Source of the DNA: an uncultured Nitrospiraceae bacterium
GTDB lineage: Bacteria > Nitrospirota > Thermodesulfovibrionia > Thermodesulfovibrionales > UBA9159
Length of the DNA stretch: 64,000 nt
Direction of reading: 5' to 3'
Assembly: GCA_964475485.1 (NCBI GenBank)
Contig: CAYYWY010000001.1
Location: forward strand, 127,940 to 191,939
The notes under the pieces were generated by a model, which was not told where the DNA came from, ran no database searches, and saw only the letters and a program-made list of their open reading frames with translations. A program made the position numbers and the translations under genes. Shown piece by piece: positions 28,326 to 36,943 of this stretch (position 1 is the first letter of the stretch; the number at the start of each line of letters is the position of its first letter).

Positions 28326-30157
28326 TACTCCAGCACTCCATTACTCCACTTCTTTTCATAGCCTCTCGGTGTAATCATATAGTTATTCAATGTAAATGTC
28401 TGAGAGTTTCCTATTATCACTGTTGTCTGCATGTCGATCTCGTAATTGAGCATGTCCCTCAGATTTGCGATAATAATCCTTTCATTTTCCCTCATTGCAC
28501 CCTTTACTATGCCTACAGGTGTTTCGGTGCTCCGGTGTTTGAGAAATATAGCCCTTGCCTTATTGATATGCTCAGGCCTTCCCATGCTTTTGGGATTATA
28601 GAGGACTGTTACAAAATCAGACATCGCCGCTGCTGCAAGCCTTTTCTCAATTAATTCCCACGGTGTGAGTCTATCTGAAAGGCTTATTACTGCGAAATCA
28701 TGCATGAGCGGCGCGCCGAGCCTTGCTGCGCAGGCATTCAGGGCAGATATACCGGGGATGACTTCTACAGCGATGCGTGATGCATTACTTCCTTTTATCT
28801 CATTACGCATTACGGATAACGCATTACGGTCTTTAAGTATCTCAAACACCAGCCCTGCCATGGCATATATTCCCGGGTCTCCGCCGCTTATGACAGAAAC
28901 GGTTTTTCCAGACAGCGCAAGCTCTACTGCCTTTTGGCATCTGTCAATTTCCTGTGTCATGCCAGTGGATACAACCTCTTTATCTTTGATCAACTCCTGT
29001 ATCAAATCGAGATATGTTCCGTATCCAACAATAACATCTGACTTTCTTATGGCATCCTGCGCATAAGGGGTTATATGCTCGATACCACCCGGACCTGTGC
29101 CGACAATGTAAAGCTTTGGAGTGATGGAGTGTTGGAGTATTGGAGCAACTAATTCAGCAACTGCGACTGTCACATTTCCGATTTTCTGCTTCGGAACAAG
29201 CAGTTCCGAAGCCCCTGAAGCGAGCAATGCCGCAGGCTCCGAAACCGCATTTGCGCCTGTTGCCTTAAATACCGCATCAGATTTCTCTATGCCTTCGACC
29301 GAATTCAGCTCATCGGCAGTGAAGGTCTTAATTTTTAGATTATATTTTTCCGCGAATGTCCTTAATCCCTGTTCATTGCCTTTTATATCAATGGTTGCGA
29401 TTGAATGAATTGAGAGTAATGACAGATTGCTTTCATCCAGTACGCACTTAACGCTGTCTTCTATCTCATCCGCCGAAGTGTTACTGTTACAGCCGATTCC
29501 TGCAATAAGGTTTTTGGGCCTGAGATAAAGTTGCTCTTTCACACGACATGAGCCTGCCGAGCATTCCCCGGATGAGCATTGCGGCTGTTTTAAATAAATA
29601 TCTTTTTTGTTAGTTATCAATACATCTGCAAATCTCGGATCGCTTACTCTTAAAAATTCATCGGGGAGAGCTATTTCTATTTCAGAATACACTCTCAATG
29701 CGCCGCTATTAATGTAGCGGGTTGCGACATACTGCATTAGATCCCAGTCTTCGACGGCGAGATTATTCTTTGCCGCCCATGTATCTATCGCAGTAAGATT
29801 ATTAACATCCGACGCGGTTGTTATCACTGCCGCGCCTTTTAGAAATTCTGCAATTTCCTTTGCCGATTCATTCGCTCCGCCAAGATGTCCGCTCAAAAGG
29901 CTTATTGCATATTTACCTGCTTCATCGAGAACAACAACGGCAGGGTCTATTCTTTTATCCTTTATCAGCGGCGCGATTGTTCTAACGACGATGCCTGCCG
30001 CCATTATGAAAATAAGGTTTTTATGCTCGTCCCATAGTTCGCGCACCACATCGGAATTAAATTTTTCAATAAGAGCCTCGGGATAAAGCCCCCGAAGCCT
30101 TTTCGCAAGATTCAGGCCGTTTTCGGTTATATAAAAAATGGCAGTGGACAAAAGCAT
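28325..30157 (-). CDS. cbiGH: Fusion protein CbiG (cobalt-precorrin-5A hydrolase) - CbiH (cobalt-factor III / precorrin-3B C17-methyltransferase)
   Basis: The N-terminal half has CbiG motifs (IFIMAAGIVVRTIAPLIKDK..DPAVVVLDE.G.YAISLLSGHLGGAN). The C-terminal half has tetrapyrrole methylase motifs (LYIVGTGPGG...VISGGDPGIYAM). A good SD (AAGGAG) precedes ATG 30157. Confidence 0.85.
   Translation of the reverse strand: MLLSTAIFYITENGLNLAKRLRGLYPEALIEKFNSDVVRELWDEHKNLIFIMAAGIVVRTIAPLIKDKRIDPAVVVLDEAGKYAISLLSGHLGGANESAKEIAEFLKGAAVITTASDVNNLTAIDTWAAKNNLAVEDWDLMQYVATRYINSGALRVYSEIEIALPDEFLRVSDPRFADVLITNKKDIYLKQPQCSSGECSAGSCRVKEQLYLRPKNLIAGIGCNSNTSADEIEDSVKCVLDESNLSLLSIHSIATIDIKGNEQGLRTFAEKYNLKIKTFTADELNSVEGIEKSDAVFKATGANAVSEPAALLASGASELLVPKQKIGNVTVAVAELVAPILQHSITPKLYIVGTGPGGIEHITPYAQDAIRKSDVIVGYGTYLDLIQELIKDKEVVSTGMTQEIDRCQKAVELALSGKTVSVISGGDPGIYAMAGLVFEILKDRNALSVMRNEIKGSNASRIAVEVIPGISALNACAARLGAPLMHDFAVISLSDRLTPWELIEKRLAAAAMSDFVTVLYNPKSMGRPEHINKARAIFLKHRSTETPVGIVKGAMRENERIIIANLRDMLNYEIDMQTTVIIGNSQTFTLNNYMITPRGYEKKWSNGVLE
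28327..28350. repeat. Tandem octamer array (ACTCCANN)x3
   Basis: The plus strand reads actccagc actccatt actccact. It encodes the last residues (WSNGVLE-stop) of cbiGH. Confidence 0.8.
29117..29148. repeat. Tandem octamer array (TGGAGTNN)x4, inverted relative to 28327-28350
   Basis: The plus strand reads tggagtga tggagtgt tggagtat tggagcaa. It encodes the CbiG/CbiH linker APILQHSITP. Confidence 0.8.
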
Positions 30158-30177
30158 CTCCTTATCGAAAGTTTATT

Positions 30178-30186
30178 ATTATATCA
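30178..30186 (-). promoter_or_regulatory. Possible internal promoter for cbiGH (extended -10 TGATATAAT)
   Basis: The minus strand reads TTTTTGATATAAT, about 20 nt upstream of ATG 30157. The same 13-mer precedes copA. Confidence 0.4.
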
Positions 30187-30397
30187 AAAAGAGGGCGATA
30201 CGCCAGCAAAACACTAAATTAGAACCCCGAATTCTATTTTTTCAAGCAAGCGTAGATTTAAGAATAGAGCATCGCTCATTCGCATTATCAGATTTTAAAG
30301 AGCCTGCCCCCTTTATCAAAGAGATAATAACGACGGGGAAAAGGATTATATAGTGCAGTTGCTAATACTTGATTTGACGGACAGGTAACGACAAAAC

Positions 30398-30754
30398 TCA
30401 GCGGCGGGCAATTGCCCGTCCGCTGGATTTCTTTGTTAGGCGTGATTGTCTTTGATTCAACCACTTTTTAAATGATTCTTGAGCCTCACTAGATGGCTTG
30501 CCAGCCAATAATCCTTCAACACTTATGTCTTCATCAATATCTTCCCAATGGATACCGTAACCTTTGCCGATTAATCTCCAGTTATTCTTTTCTTCTGGTG
30601 TAGCATTTACCAAACGAGGGAACCATTCAAGGGGAACTGCAATTGTTCTTCCATCACTGAGATCTACGGTCAGCGTATCCCTTGTCACTTTTACATTTTC
30701 AGCTCTTGGTATTTCTATCTCAATTGCCGAAATATTCATGCCATGCCTTCTCAT
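30398..30754 (-). CDS. DUF2442-domain protein with basic C-terminal tail
   Basis: Contains DTLTVDLSDGRTIAVPLEWFPRLVNATPEEKNNWRLIGKGYGIHWEDIDEDISVEGLL, the DUF2442 pattern as I recall it. An alternative start is ATG 30739. Confidence 0.65.
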   Translation of the reverse strand: MRRHGMNISAIEIEIPRAENVKVTRDTLTVDLSDGRTIAVPLEWFPRLVNATPEEKNNWRLIGKGYGIHWEDIDEDISVEGLLAGKPSSEAQESFKKWLNQRQSRLTKKSSGRAIARR

Positions 30755-30938
30755 TTATAATTTTATGGATTTTGGTAATCTCTAACCTGCTAAATCCTCC
30801 ACTACTTTGTAGTCTAACAGGGTCAAGCCAGAACTTAGCAATATTTTCATCCCGCTCAACATGTATATGTGCTGGCTCATCACGATCTCCTGCATAAAAG
30901 AAAAAACGATATGGTCCAACTTTAAGTACCGTTGGCAT
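30720..30938 (-). CDS. DUF4160-domain protein
   Basis: 72 aa with GPYRFFFYAGDRDEPAHIHVERDENIAKFWLDPV, the DUF4160 pattern as I recall it. It overlaps the downstream DUF2442 gene. Confidence 0.65.
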   Translation of the reverse strand: MPTVLKVGPYRFFFYAGDRDEPAHIHVERDENIAKFWLDPVRLQSSGGFSRLEITKIHKIINEKAWHEYFGN

Positions 30939-30985
30939 TTGTTTTCATATTATCATATTTTCGTATCTTTCGCCTAACATTTAAT

Positions 30986-31000
30986 ATACCAACTTGGTAT
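30986..31000. promoter_or_regulatory. Perfect 7-1-7 palindrome ATACCAACTTGGTAT upstream of the DUF4160 gene (candidate operator/promoter)
   Basis: Seen directly in the sequence. On the minus strand it is followed by TATATT, about 45 nt upstream of ATG 30938. Confidence 0.4.
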
Positions 31001-31021
31001 TTTCTCCCTTTATAACGAGAA

Positions 31022-31815
31022 TCACATCTGTCCAAAATAGATTTTAAGAAACCTCCGATCTGGGTACTATAGATGTAACGAGCAAATACAGAAACCCAGA
31101 CCGGAGGGAACATGAATAAGTTTAGCAGCATTTTCGGACAGATTCTACAGATATTTTCGAGGAACGAGTTTTACAAGGCGGTGAGAGAGACGGGAGCGGA
31201 GAAAGGAGCAAAGGGGTTCACCCGCTGGCAGCAGTTTGTGGGGATGCTGTTTTGCCAATTGGGACAAGCGCATTCGTTGCGGGAGATATGCGGAGGACTG
31301 GCGAGCTGTATGGGGAAAGTGAAGCATCCTGGAATTCATGCCTCTCCGAACCGCTCTACGCTGTCCTATGCCAATGAGCACAGGCCGTGGCAGCTATACC
31401 AGAAGATATTCTACCAGTTGCTGGAGAAATGCCAGGGTATGGGGGCACGGAAGAAGTTCCGATTCCGAAACAAGCTGTTCAGTCTTGATACAGATTTGGA
31501 CAGCATTGATAGCTATCCTCGTCCTGAAGTACCTGAAGTTCAGGTCGACCTTTGGTGGTCCTTGTCGAACCTCGTGGCGATGCTCCGGTACAACCTCTTT
31601 GCCTATAGGGACTTATGGGCATGGATTAATAACCCCTTTGAAGCACCGCCCTTTGTCCTGGAAATGGAGCAGCTTTCGCTGCACGGTATATGATTTGGAC
31701 AGCATCGGGAAAAGAAAAAGGGCAACCTGGTTTTGAAAATGTGGTTTTGTCCGTCCAAAAACCTTACAGGGTAAGAAAGAGGGTTAAGAGTTCAAATTAT
31801 TTTGGATAGCAGTGA
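31022..31815 (+). mobile_element. Internally deleted IS4-family insertion sequence remnant (about 0.8 kb)
   Basis: Imperfect terminal inverted repeats: TCACATCTGTCCAAAATA (left) against the reverse complement of the right end, TCACTGCTATCCAAAATA (15/18). It is flanked by a direct repeat, ACGAGAA (31015-31021) / ACGAGAG (31816-31822). Confidence 0.7.
31112..31736 (+). pseudogene. Transposase pseudogene (IS4 family, DUF4372-type N-terminus; DDE core deleted, frameshifted)
   Basis: About 130 aa of the N-terminus (FSSIFGQILQIFSRNEF...SLREICGGL...) is joined to C-terminal pieces in two frames (QIWTALIAILVLKYLKF / WSLSNLVAMLRYNLFAYRDLWAWINNPF). About 250 aa of catalytic core is missing. Confidence 0.7.
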
Positions 31816-31990
31816 ACGAGAGTATTAGCATATTAAGACAAGAAATAATAGCAAAGGTTGGCATTTTGTGGTAATTTGGAGTAAAAGCCAAGTTGGTATA
31901 ATATGGGGAAATTGTCCAATTCAAAAGAAAAGAGGACAAAAAAGAGGGACGGCGACCATTTATACCTATCGATTACTGGTTGAATCAGTA

Positions 31991-32746
31991 TTAGCCCCTG
32001 TATTCATGCTTGAAATCCTTGTCATATAATTTCGATTCTTTGCCGAGGGATTCCGATGATGCCCTGAGAGACTCGCCTACATAAATCAGCGCTGTCTTTT
32101 TTATGCCCGCGTCTCCCACAAGCGAGTCGAGGTCTTTAAGCGCTCCTCTTATCACCCGCTGTTCAGGCCATGAAGCCTTTTCAATGATCACGACAGGCGT
32201 ATCTTCGGGATAGCCCTCCAAAAGCTCATTTTTTACTTTTTCGATCATGCCGACGCTCAGGAATATAACCAATGTCGCTTTATGCTTTGCCAATCCGTTT
32301 AACTTTTCGGTTTCGGGAACAGGGCTTCTTCCTTCAAGCCTTGTAAATATCACGGTCTGGCTGATCTCGGGTATTGTGAGTTCCTGACCTAAAATCGCGG
32401 CCCCCGCCACCGCAGAGGATACGCCGGGTATGACTTCATACCCTATCTTCAGTTCCCTCAGCCTCTCTATCTGCTCGGATATGGCGCTGTAGAAAGACGT
32501 GTCACCCGTATGGAGCCTCACTGTCGTCTTGCCCCATTCCGCCGCTCTTTTCATCACCTCTATCACTTCCTCGAGGGTCATCGTCGCAGAATTATATATT
32601 TCCGCCTTGATATCCCGGAGGAGCTCGGGGTTCACGAGACTGCCGGCATAGATGACGACATCCGCACTGTCAAGGACCCTTCTGCCTTTCAATGTTATAA
32701 GTTCCGGGTCGCCCGGACCAGCTCCTATAAAAAATATCTTGCTCAT
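31991..32746 (-). CDS. cbiF: Cobalt-precorrin-4 C11-methyltransferase
   Basis: IFFIGAGPGDPELITLKGRRVLDSADVVIYAGSLV. Size is 251 aa. Confidence 0.85.
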   Translation of the reverse strand: MSKIFFIGAGPGDPELITLKGRRVLDSADVVIYAGSLVNPELLRDIKAEIYNSATMTLEEVIEVMKRAAEWGKTTVRLHTGDTSFYSAISEQIERLRELKIGYEVIPGVSSAVAGAAILGQELTIPEISQTVIFTRLEGRSPVPETEKLNGLAKHKATLVIFLSVGMIEKVKNELLEGYPEDTPVVIIEKASWPEQRVIRGALKDLDSLVGDAGIKKTALIYVGESLRASSESLGKESKLYDKDFKHEYRG

Positions 32747-32775
32747 GACTTCCTCATTCTCCTTATCTCACCCTT

Positions 32776-33495
32776 TCATTTCCTCACGATCACCATCGAA
32801 AAATAATCGAGGTTTTCCTCTCTGACATCCCTGATATTTCTGAAGATCTTCTCATCGTCCATTGAGGCCCTCGCCACATATACCGCCTTTTCAACAAAAC
32901 CCTCCTCTTCGAGCCCTTTCTTGACCTCACCAAAGACCTTATGGACCTTCATAAGAACGAGGACGTCGAAATCTTTCAAGACCCTTTTCAGGTCCTTCAC
33001 GTACGTGGCCGGTATGACAGCTATCTTCTCATGGGCGAGGCTGAGCGAGACGCCCGCTCTCGATGCCGAAGCAGTGATCGACGAGACTCCGGGGACGATC
33101 TCGATCACAAGGGACGAATCAAGCTCAAGAAGCCTGTCGTGCAGATAGAAGAAGGTGCTGTAGACCGTGGGATCGCCGAGGGTAACGAAGGCGACGTCGA
33201 TCCCCTTCTTCAGTCTGCTCAGAACCGCTTCTGCCGTATCATTCCATTTTGAGTCGAGTCCGGCGTCATGCCCTGAATCCCTGGTCTTCCTCATCGGGAA
33301 ATGGGCTTCGACAATCTCCTTGCCGTCCAGATCCAGCGCCCGCCTGACAATAGATAGGGCGAGACTGCTCCCTTCTTCCCTGCCCTTCGGGACACAGATA
33401 CACCTCACTTCACTGAGTATCCTCACCGCCTTAAGCGTCAATAACTCCGGGTCCCCGGGTCCGACCCCTATGACAAAAAGCGTTCCCTTCATCAC
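32776..33495 (-). CDS. cbiL: Cobalt-factor II (precorrin-2) C20-methyltransferase
   Basis: LFVIGVGPGDPELLTLKAVRIL...FVTLGDPTVYSTF. Size is 239 aa. Confidence 0.8.
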   Translation of the reverse strand: MMKGTLFVIGVGPGDPELLTLKAVRILSEVRCICVPKGREEGSSLALSIVRRALDLDGKEIVEAHFPMRKTRDSGHDAGLDSKWNDTAEAVLSRLKKGIDVAFVTLGDPTVYSTFFYLHDRLLELDSSLVIEIVPGVSSITASASRAGVSLSLAHEKIAVIPATYVKDLKRVLKDFDVLVLMKVHKVFGEVKKGLEEEGFVEKAVYVARASMDDEKIFRNIRDVREENLDYFSMVIVRK

Positions 33496-34877
33496 ACTCC
33501 CTTCTCTCCTGTTATGATAAATACTGGGTTCAATGCGGTCAGATGTCTTTTCCCGGCGACTGTCTTCGATCTTGACACCGACACTTCGGAGATCCCGACT
33601 TCAAAACCATTCTTATCGAGAGATGCAATCGCTTCATGCAACGTTTCCAGTGTGGCCGCGTTCAGGACAACGATCCCTGCAGGCATCGTCCGTCCTATTA
33701 AATCTATGATCTCATCGAGCCGGCCGCCGCTGCCGCCGATGAACACCCTCCGGGGGGAAGGCAATCCTTCCAGCGCCTCAGGCGCCTTGCCGTAATGCGC
33801 CTTTACGTTTTGAACACGGAACCTCCGGCAATTCGTCCTGATGTTATCGATCTGCTCCTCTTCCTTTTCTATTGCGAATATGTCCAGCCCCGGGCAGAGC
33901 CTCGCCGCCTCCACCGATACCGAACCCGAGCCCGCGCCTATGTCCCAGAGCACACCCTTTTCCGGCAGCCTTAATTTGTGTATCGTCACCGCCCTGATCT
34001 CGTCCTTTGTTATGAGTCCGCGTGAATGATGGATATCGATCTCCGTAAGTCCGAAGGAACTGATGGACTCAGAAGCAAGGCTGCATTCAGGCTGTGTTTC
34101 CGCCATTGCGGCTTGTCCACTATCGTTCTTTGAAGAAGGATTTTCCGCACTGGCGGACCCGCCCGGGGCCGGGCCGTTAAGAGGGAAAGGCAACGATGAG
34201 TCTTTCTCCCTGATTATTATCACCACATTCGGATCTGAAAAGGTCCTGCCCGCTATCTCTTCGGGAGTTCCAGCAATGACCTTTTCTTCCGCATATCCCA
34301 ACCTTTCACAGACATATATGGTAGACCCCGTTCCGACGGAAGACTTGAGAATCTCCTTTGAGATCCCAGAGGGGTCGTTCACCCTATCGGTAAGGACGGC
34401 GATCTTGTCATGAAGCTCAAGAAGATACGGAATGTCCTTGACCTTGTACGCGGGCATTCTCCTCTTCTTGGGATCCGGACCTCCGTGGATGCTCATGAGG
34501 AAGGCATCGTCCCAGGGTTCTCTTATCCTCGCAAAAGCGACCTGGACGCTCGAAAGGTCGGGTGAAAGCTCTACCATATCTCTCCCGAATTCCTTTACGA
34601 TCCTCCTGCCGATGCCGAAAAAGAGAGGATCTCCGGAGGCGAGAAACGATATGGTCACAGACTGCGAACCGGAGATTGCGGATTTCATATATTCGATCGT
34701 CTCGTCTACATTGTTGATCACCTTGACTGCTTCTTTGACTGCCTCGAACTCATCATAACCCCTGAAAACCTCGGAAAGCCTCTGCGAGGCAAGGATGATG
34801 TCTGCACTCATAATGATTTCCCTCATCCCTTTATCGAGAGGCTTGTGACCTATCCCTACGACATAGATCTTACTCAC
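33492..34877 (-). CDS. cbiET: Fusion CbiE-CbiT (cobalt-precorrin-7 C5-methyltransferase / cobalt-precorrin-6B C15-methyltransferase, decarboxylating)
   Basis: N-terminal tetrapyrrole methylase half (IYVVGIGHKPL...), a low-complexity linker, and a C-terminal SAM-MTase half (ITKDEIRAVTIHKLRLPEKGVLWDIGAGSGSVSVEAA). Confidence 0.85.
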   Translation of the reverse strand: MSKIYVVGIGHKPLDKGMREIIMSADIILASQRLSEVFRGYDEFEAVKEAVKVINNVDETIEYMKSAISGSQSVTISFLASGDPLFFGIGRRIVKEFGRDMVELSPDLSSVQVAFARIREPWDDAFLMSIHGGPDPKKRRMPAYKVKDIPYLLELHDKIAVLTDRVNDPSGISKEILKSSVGTGSTIYVCERLGYAEEKVIAGTPEEIAGRTFSDPNVVIIIREKDSSLPFPLNGPAPGGSASAENPSSKNDSGQAAMAETQPECSLASESISSFGLTEIDIHHSRGLITKDEIRAVTIHKLRLPEKGVLWDIGAGSGSVSVEAARLCPGLDIFAIEKEEEQIDNIRTNCRRFRVQNVKAHYGKAPEALEGLPSPRRVFIGGSGGRLDEIIDLIGRTMPAGIVVLNAATLETLHEAIASLDKNGFEVGISEVSVSRSKTVAGKRHLTALNPVFIITGEKGV

Positions 34878-36087
34878 TGCTTACAAAAACCTCTCCCTCA
34901 TAGGATATAAGATGGTTAACTACCGGGACCCCTCCGGTAATCGCCTCACCGTACTTCTTTGCGGCATTGCAGACCTTTTGAAAGAGTGCGGGCTCGGGCC
35001 CGTACGTCGATACGATATAGTTGAATACCTCGCGGGCGGTATTAAAATTTCTGTCCCGCGGGACCGGGATGCCGAGATTGTTCAGAAGGCCGACGGTTTT
35101 CTCTATGTCAATCGCCCCGTGTCTCACATGAGTCTGCGGTTTCGACATCGCGATCTTGAGCATCTTCGCCCACTGGGCGCAGAGATGAACCCTCATGAAG
35201 CCATGGTTTTTCGCATCGACGAGGGAGAATTCAAGATAATCCCCCATCATCACATAGGCATCTTCGGGAAACTTAAACTTCTCCATATGGGCCCTTTCCG
35301 AAACCCTGCCAGCTGAGACGACGATCTCCTCGAGATTGAGCGCCTTTGCGACATCCATCGAAGCGGTTATGGATGCTGTCCAAGCCTCGGCCGAGAGAGG
35401 TTTCACAATGCCTGAAGTGCCGAGTATGGAGATACCCTCGATTATTCCGAGCCGCGGGTTGAGCGTCTTTTTTGCGAGTTCCTCGCCCTCAGGGACCGAA
35501 ATGGTGACTTCGATAACCCCCCTTTGCCTCATCTTTGTAAGGGGGGGATGGGGGGATGAGGCAGGTTCAGCCTCTCTCAGTGCCTCAAATACAGCCTCTC
35601 TTATCATCTTCCTCGGCACGGGATTGATGGCAGCCTCGCCGACAGGCATCGGGAGGCCTGGCTTCGTGACCCTGCCTACACCTCTGCCGCCCTGGATAAT
35701 CAGTGACGGATAACCGTTTATGTGTAACGAACCTTGAACAACTCCACTTTTATAGGATATCGCGTCATCCATGACGACCTCTGCCACTATCTCCGCTCCG
35801 TTGGTCACATCAGGGTCGTCACCGGCATCCTTGATAACCGAAGCCCATGCCGTCGAATGCGGATAGCGCTCTCTGAACCCCGAACCATGGACCTTGAAGC
35901 TCACCCTGCTGCCGTCCGGAAAGGGGATATCAACATCAGTGATGGGTGATGGCTGATGGATGACGAGACCCAGCTGACTTAGACCGGCCACTCCGGAGTC
36001 GTTATTCAGGAGGAGCGTCGTGGCCGCCTTTGCCGCAGCGGCGGCGCATGCTCCCGTGGTATAGCCAGACCTCAATATTTTACGCAT
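34870..36087 (-). CDS. cbiD: Cobalt-precorrin-5B C1-methyltransferase
   Basis: LRSGYTTGACAAAAAKAA and GISILGTSGIVKPLS motifs. Confidence 0.9.
   Translation of the reverse strand: MRKILRSGYTTGACAAAAAKAATTLLLNNDSGVAGLSQLGLVIHQPSPITDVDIPFPDGSRVSFKVHGSGFRERYPHSTAWASVIKDAGDDPDVTNGAEIVAEVVMDDAISYKSGVVQGSLHINGYPSLIIQGGRGVGRVTKPGLPMPVGEAAINPVPRKMIREAVFEALREAEPASSPHPPLTKMRQRGVIEVTISVPEGEELAKKTLNPRLGIIEGISILGTSGIVKPLSAEAWTASITASMDVAKALNLEEIVVSAGRVSERAHMEKFKFPEDAYVMMGDYLEFSLVDAKNHGFMRVHLCAQWAKMLKIAMSKPQTHVRHGAIDIEKTVGLLNNLGIPVPRDRNFNTAREVFNYIVSTYGPEPALFQKVCNAAKKYGEAITGGVPVVNHLISYEGEVFVSSE
35517..35562. repeat. GC-rich palindromic mini-element (C6-loop-G7-AT-G6) inside cbiD
   Basis: The plus strand reads CCCCCCTTTGCCTCATCTTTGTAAGGGGGGGATGGGGGGATGAGGC. 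It is translated on the minus strand as SSPHPPLTKMRQRG. Confidence 0.6.
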
Positions 36088-36943
36088 GCAATTTCAGGAT
36101 CTCCCTTCTCGCCTCGCCGATGGTAAGCGGTATCTTTTTGAACTGAAGACCGTCCTCATGTTTCAGTCTGTAGATGAGTTCCGCTATCTGGGGAAGCCTC
36201 AGCTTTGCATGCGCCATATCTTCGGGCGCGGTGAATACATCCTCGGGGATGCCGCCCCTTATTATACGGCCTTTGCTCAGGATATAGAGCTCGTGCAGAA
36301 AAAGCGGCACGAGATCGACGCTGTGGGTCGCCATTATGATCGTTACCCCTTTTCCCCTGTTCAGTTTCGTGAGGAGATTGATCATCCTGTATTCGCCCAT
36401 AGGGTCTAGTCCCGCGGTAGGCTCATCCAGGAGCAGTATCTCGTGGCCCATCGCGAGGAGCCCTGCGATACATACCCGCTTCTTCTGTCCGAAACTCAGG
36501 TTATGGATCGACTTCCCGAGACACCTGTCCATCTCGACCTGCCTGAGCGCTTCTTTCACCCTTACTTGAATTTCCCTTTCGGCAAAGCCCATATTTATCG
36601 GGCCGAACGCCACGTCTTCGAACACCGTCGGGGCAAAGAGCTGGTCATCGGGGTTCTGGAATATGAGGCCGACTTTGCGATAGATCTCCCGGGGTGAGAG
36701 CTTCCTGATGTCTACCCCGTCGAGGTGAACGGTCCCCTTGAAATCCTTCACGAGTCCGTCCATTATCTTCAGGAGAGTCGTCTTTCCGGAACCGTTCGAG
36801 CCGAGTATGCCTACGAACCTTCCCTGCCTTATCGAAAGGCTGATGTCTGCAAGGGCCTTGGTGCCGTCAGGGTATCTGAAAGAACCGATCTCGACCGAGA
36901 GTCTGACTATATCCGCCATATCAAACCCAGCATTATGATACAC
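36080..36943 (-). CDS. cbiO: Cobalt ECF/ABC transporter ATPase
   Basis: Walker A GSNGSGKTT, signature LSFGQKKR, and Walker B LLLDEPTAGLD. It follows cbiQ. Confidence 0.85.
   Translation of the reverse strand: MYHNAGFDMADIVRLSVEIGSFRYPDGTKALADISLSIRQGRFVGILGSNGSGKTTLLKIMDGLVKDFKGTVHLDGVDIRKLSPREIYRKVGLIFQNPDDQLFAPTVFEDVAFGPINMGFAEREIQVRVKEALRQVEMDRCLGKSIHNLSFGQKKRVCIAGLLAMGHEILLLDEPTAGLDPMGEYRMINLLTKLNRGKGVTIIMATHSVDLVPLFLHELYILSKGRIIRGGIPEDVFTAPEDMAHAKLRLPQIAELIYRLKHEDGLQFKKIPLTIGEARREILKLHA

Noticed and set aside
31903-31983. 26-aa ORF MGKLSNSKEKRTKKRDGDHLYLSITG after the plus-strand TATAAT.
   Set aside because: The ATG abuts the -10 hexamer, so it would lie upstream of the expected TSS. 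There is no SD, and conservation cannot be assessed.
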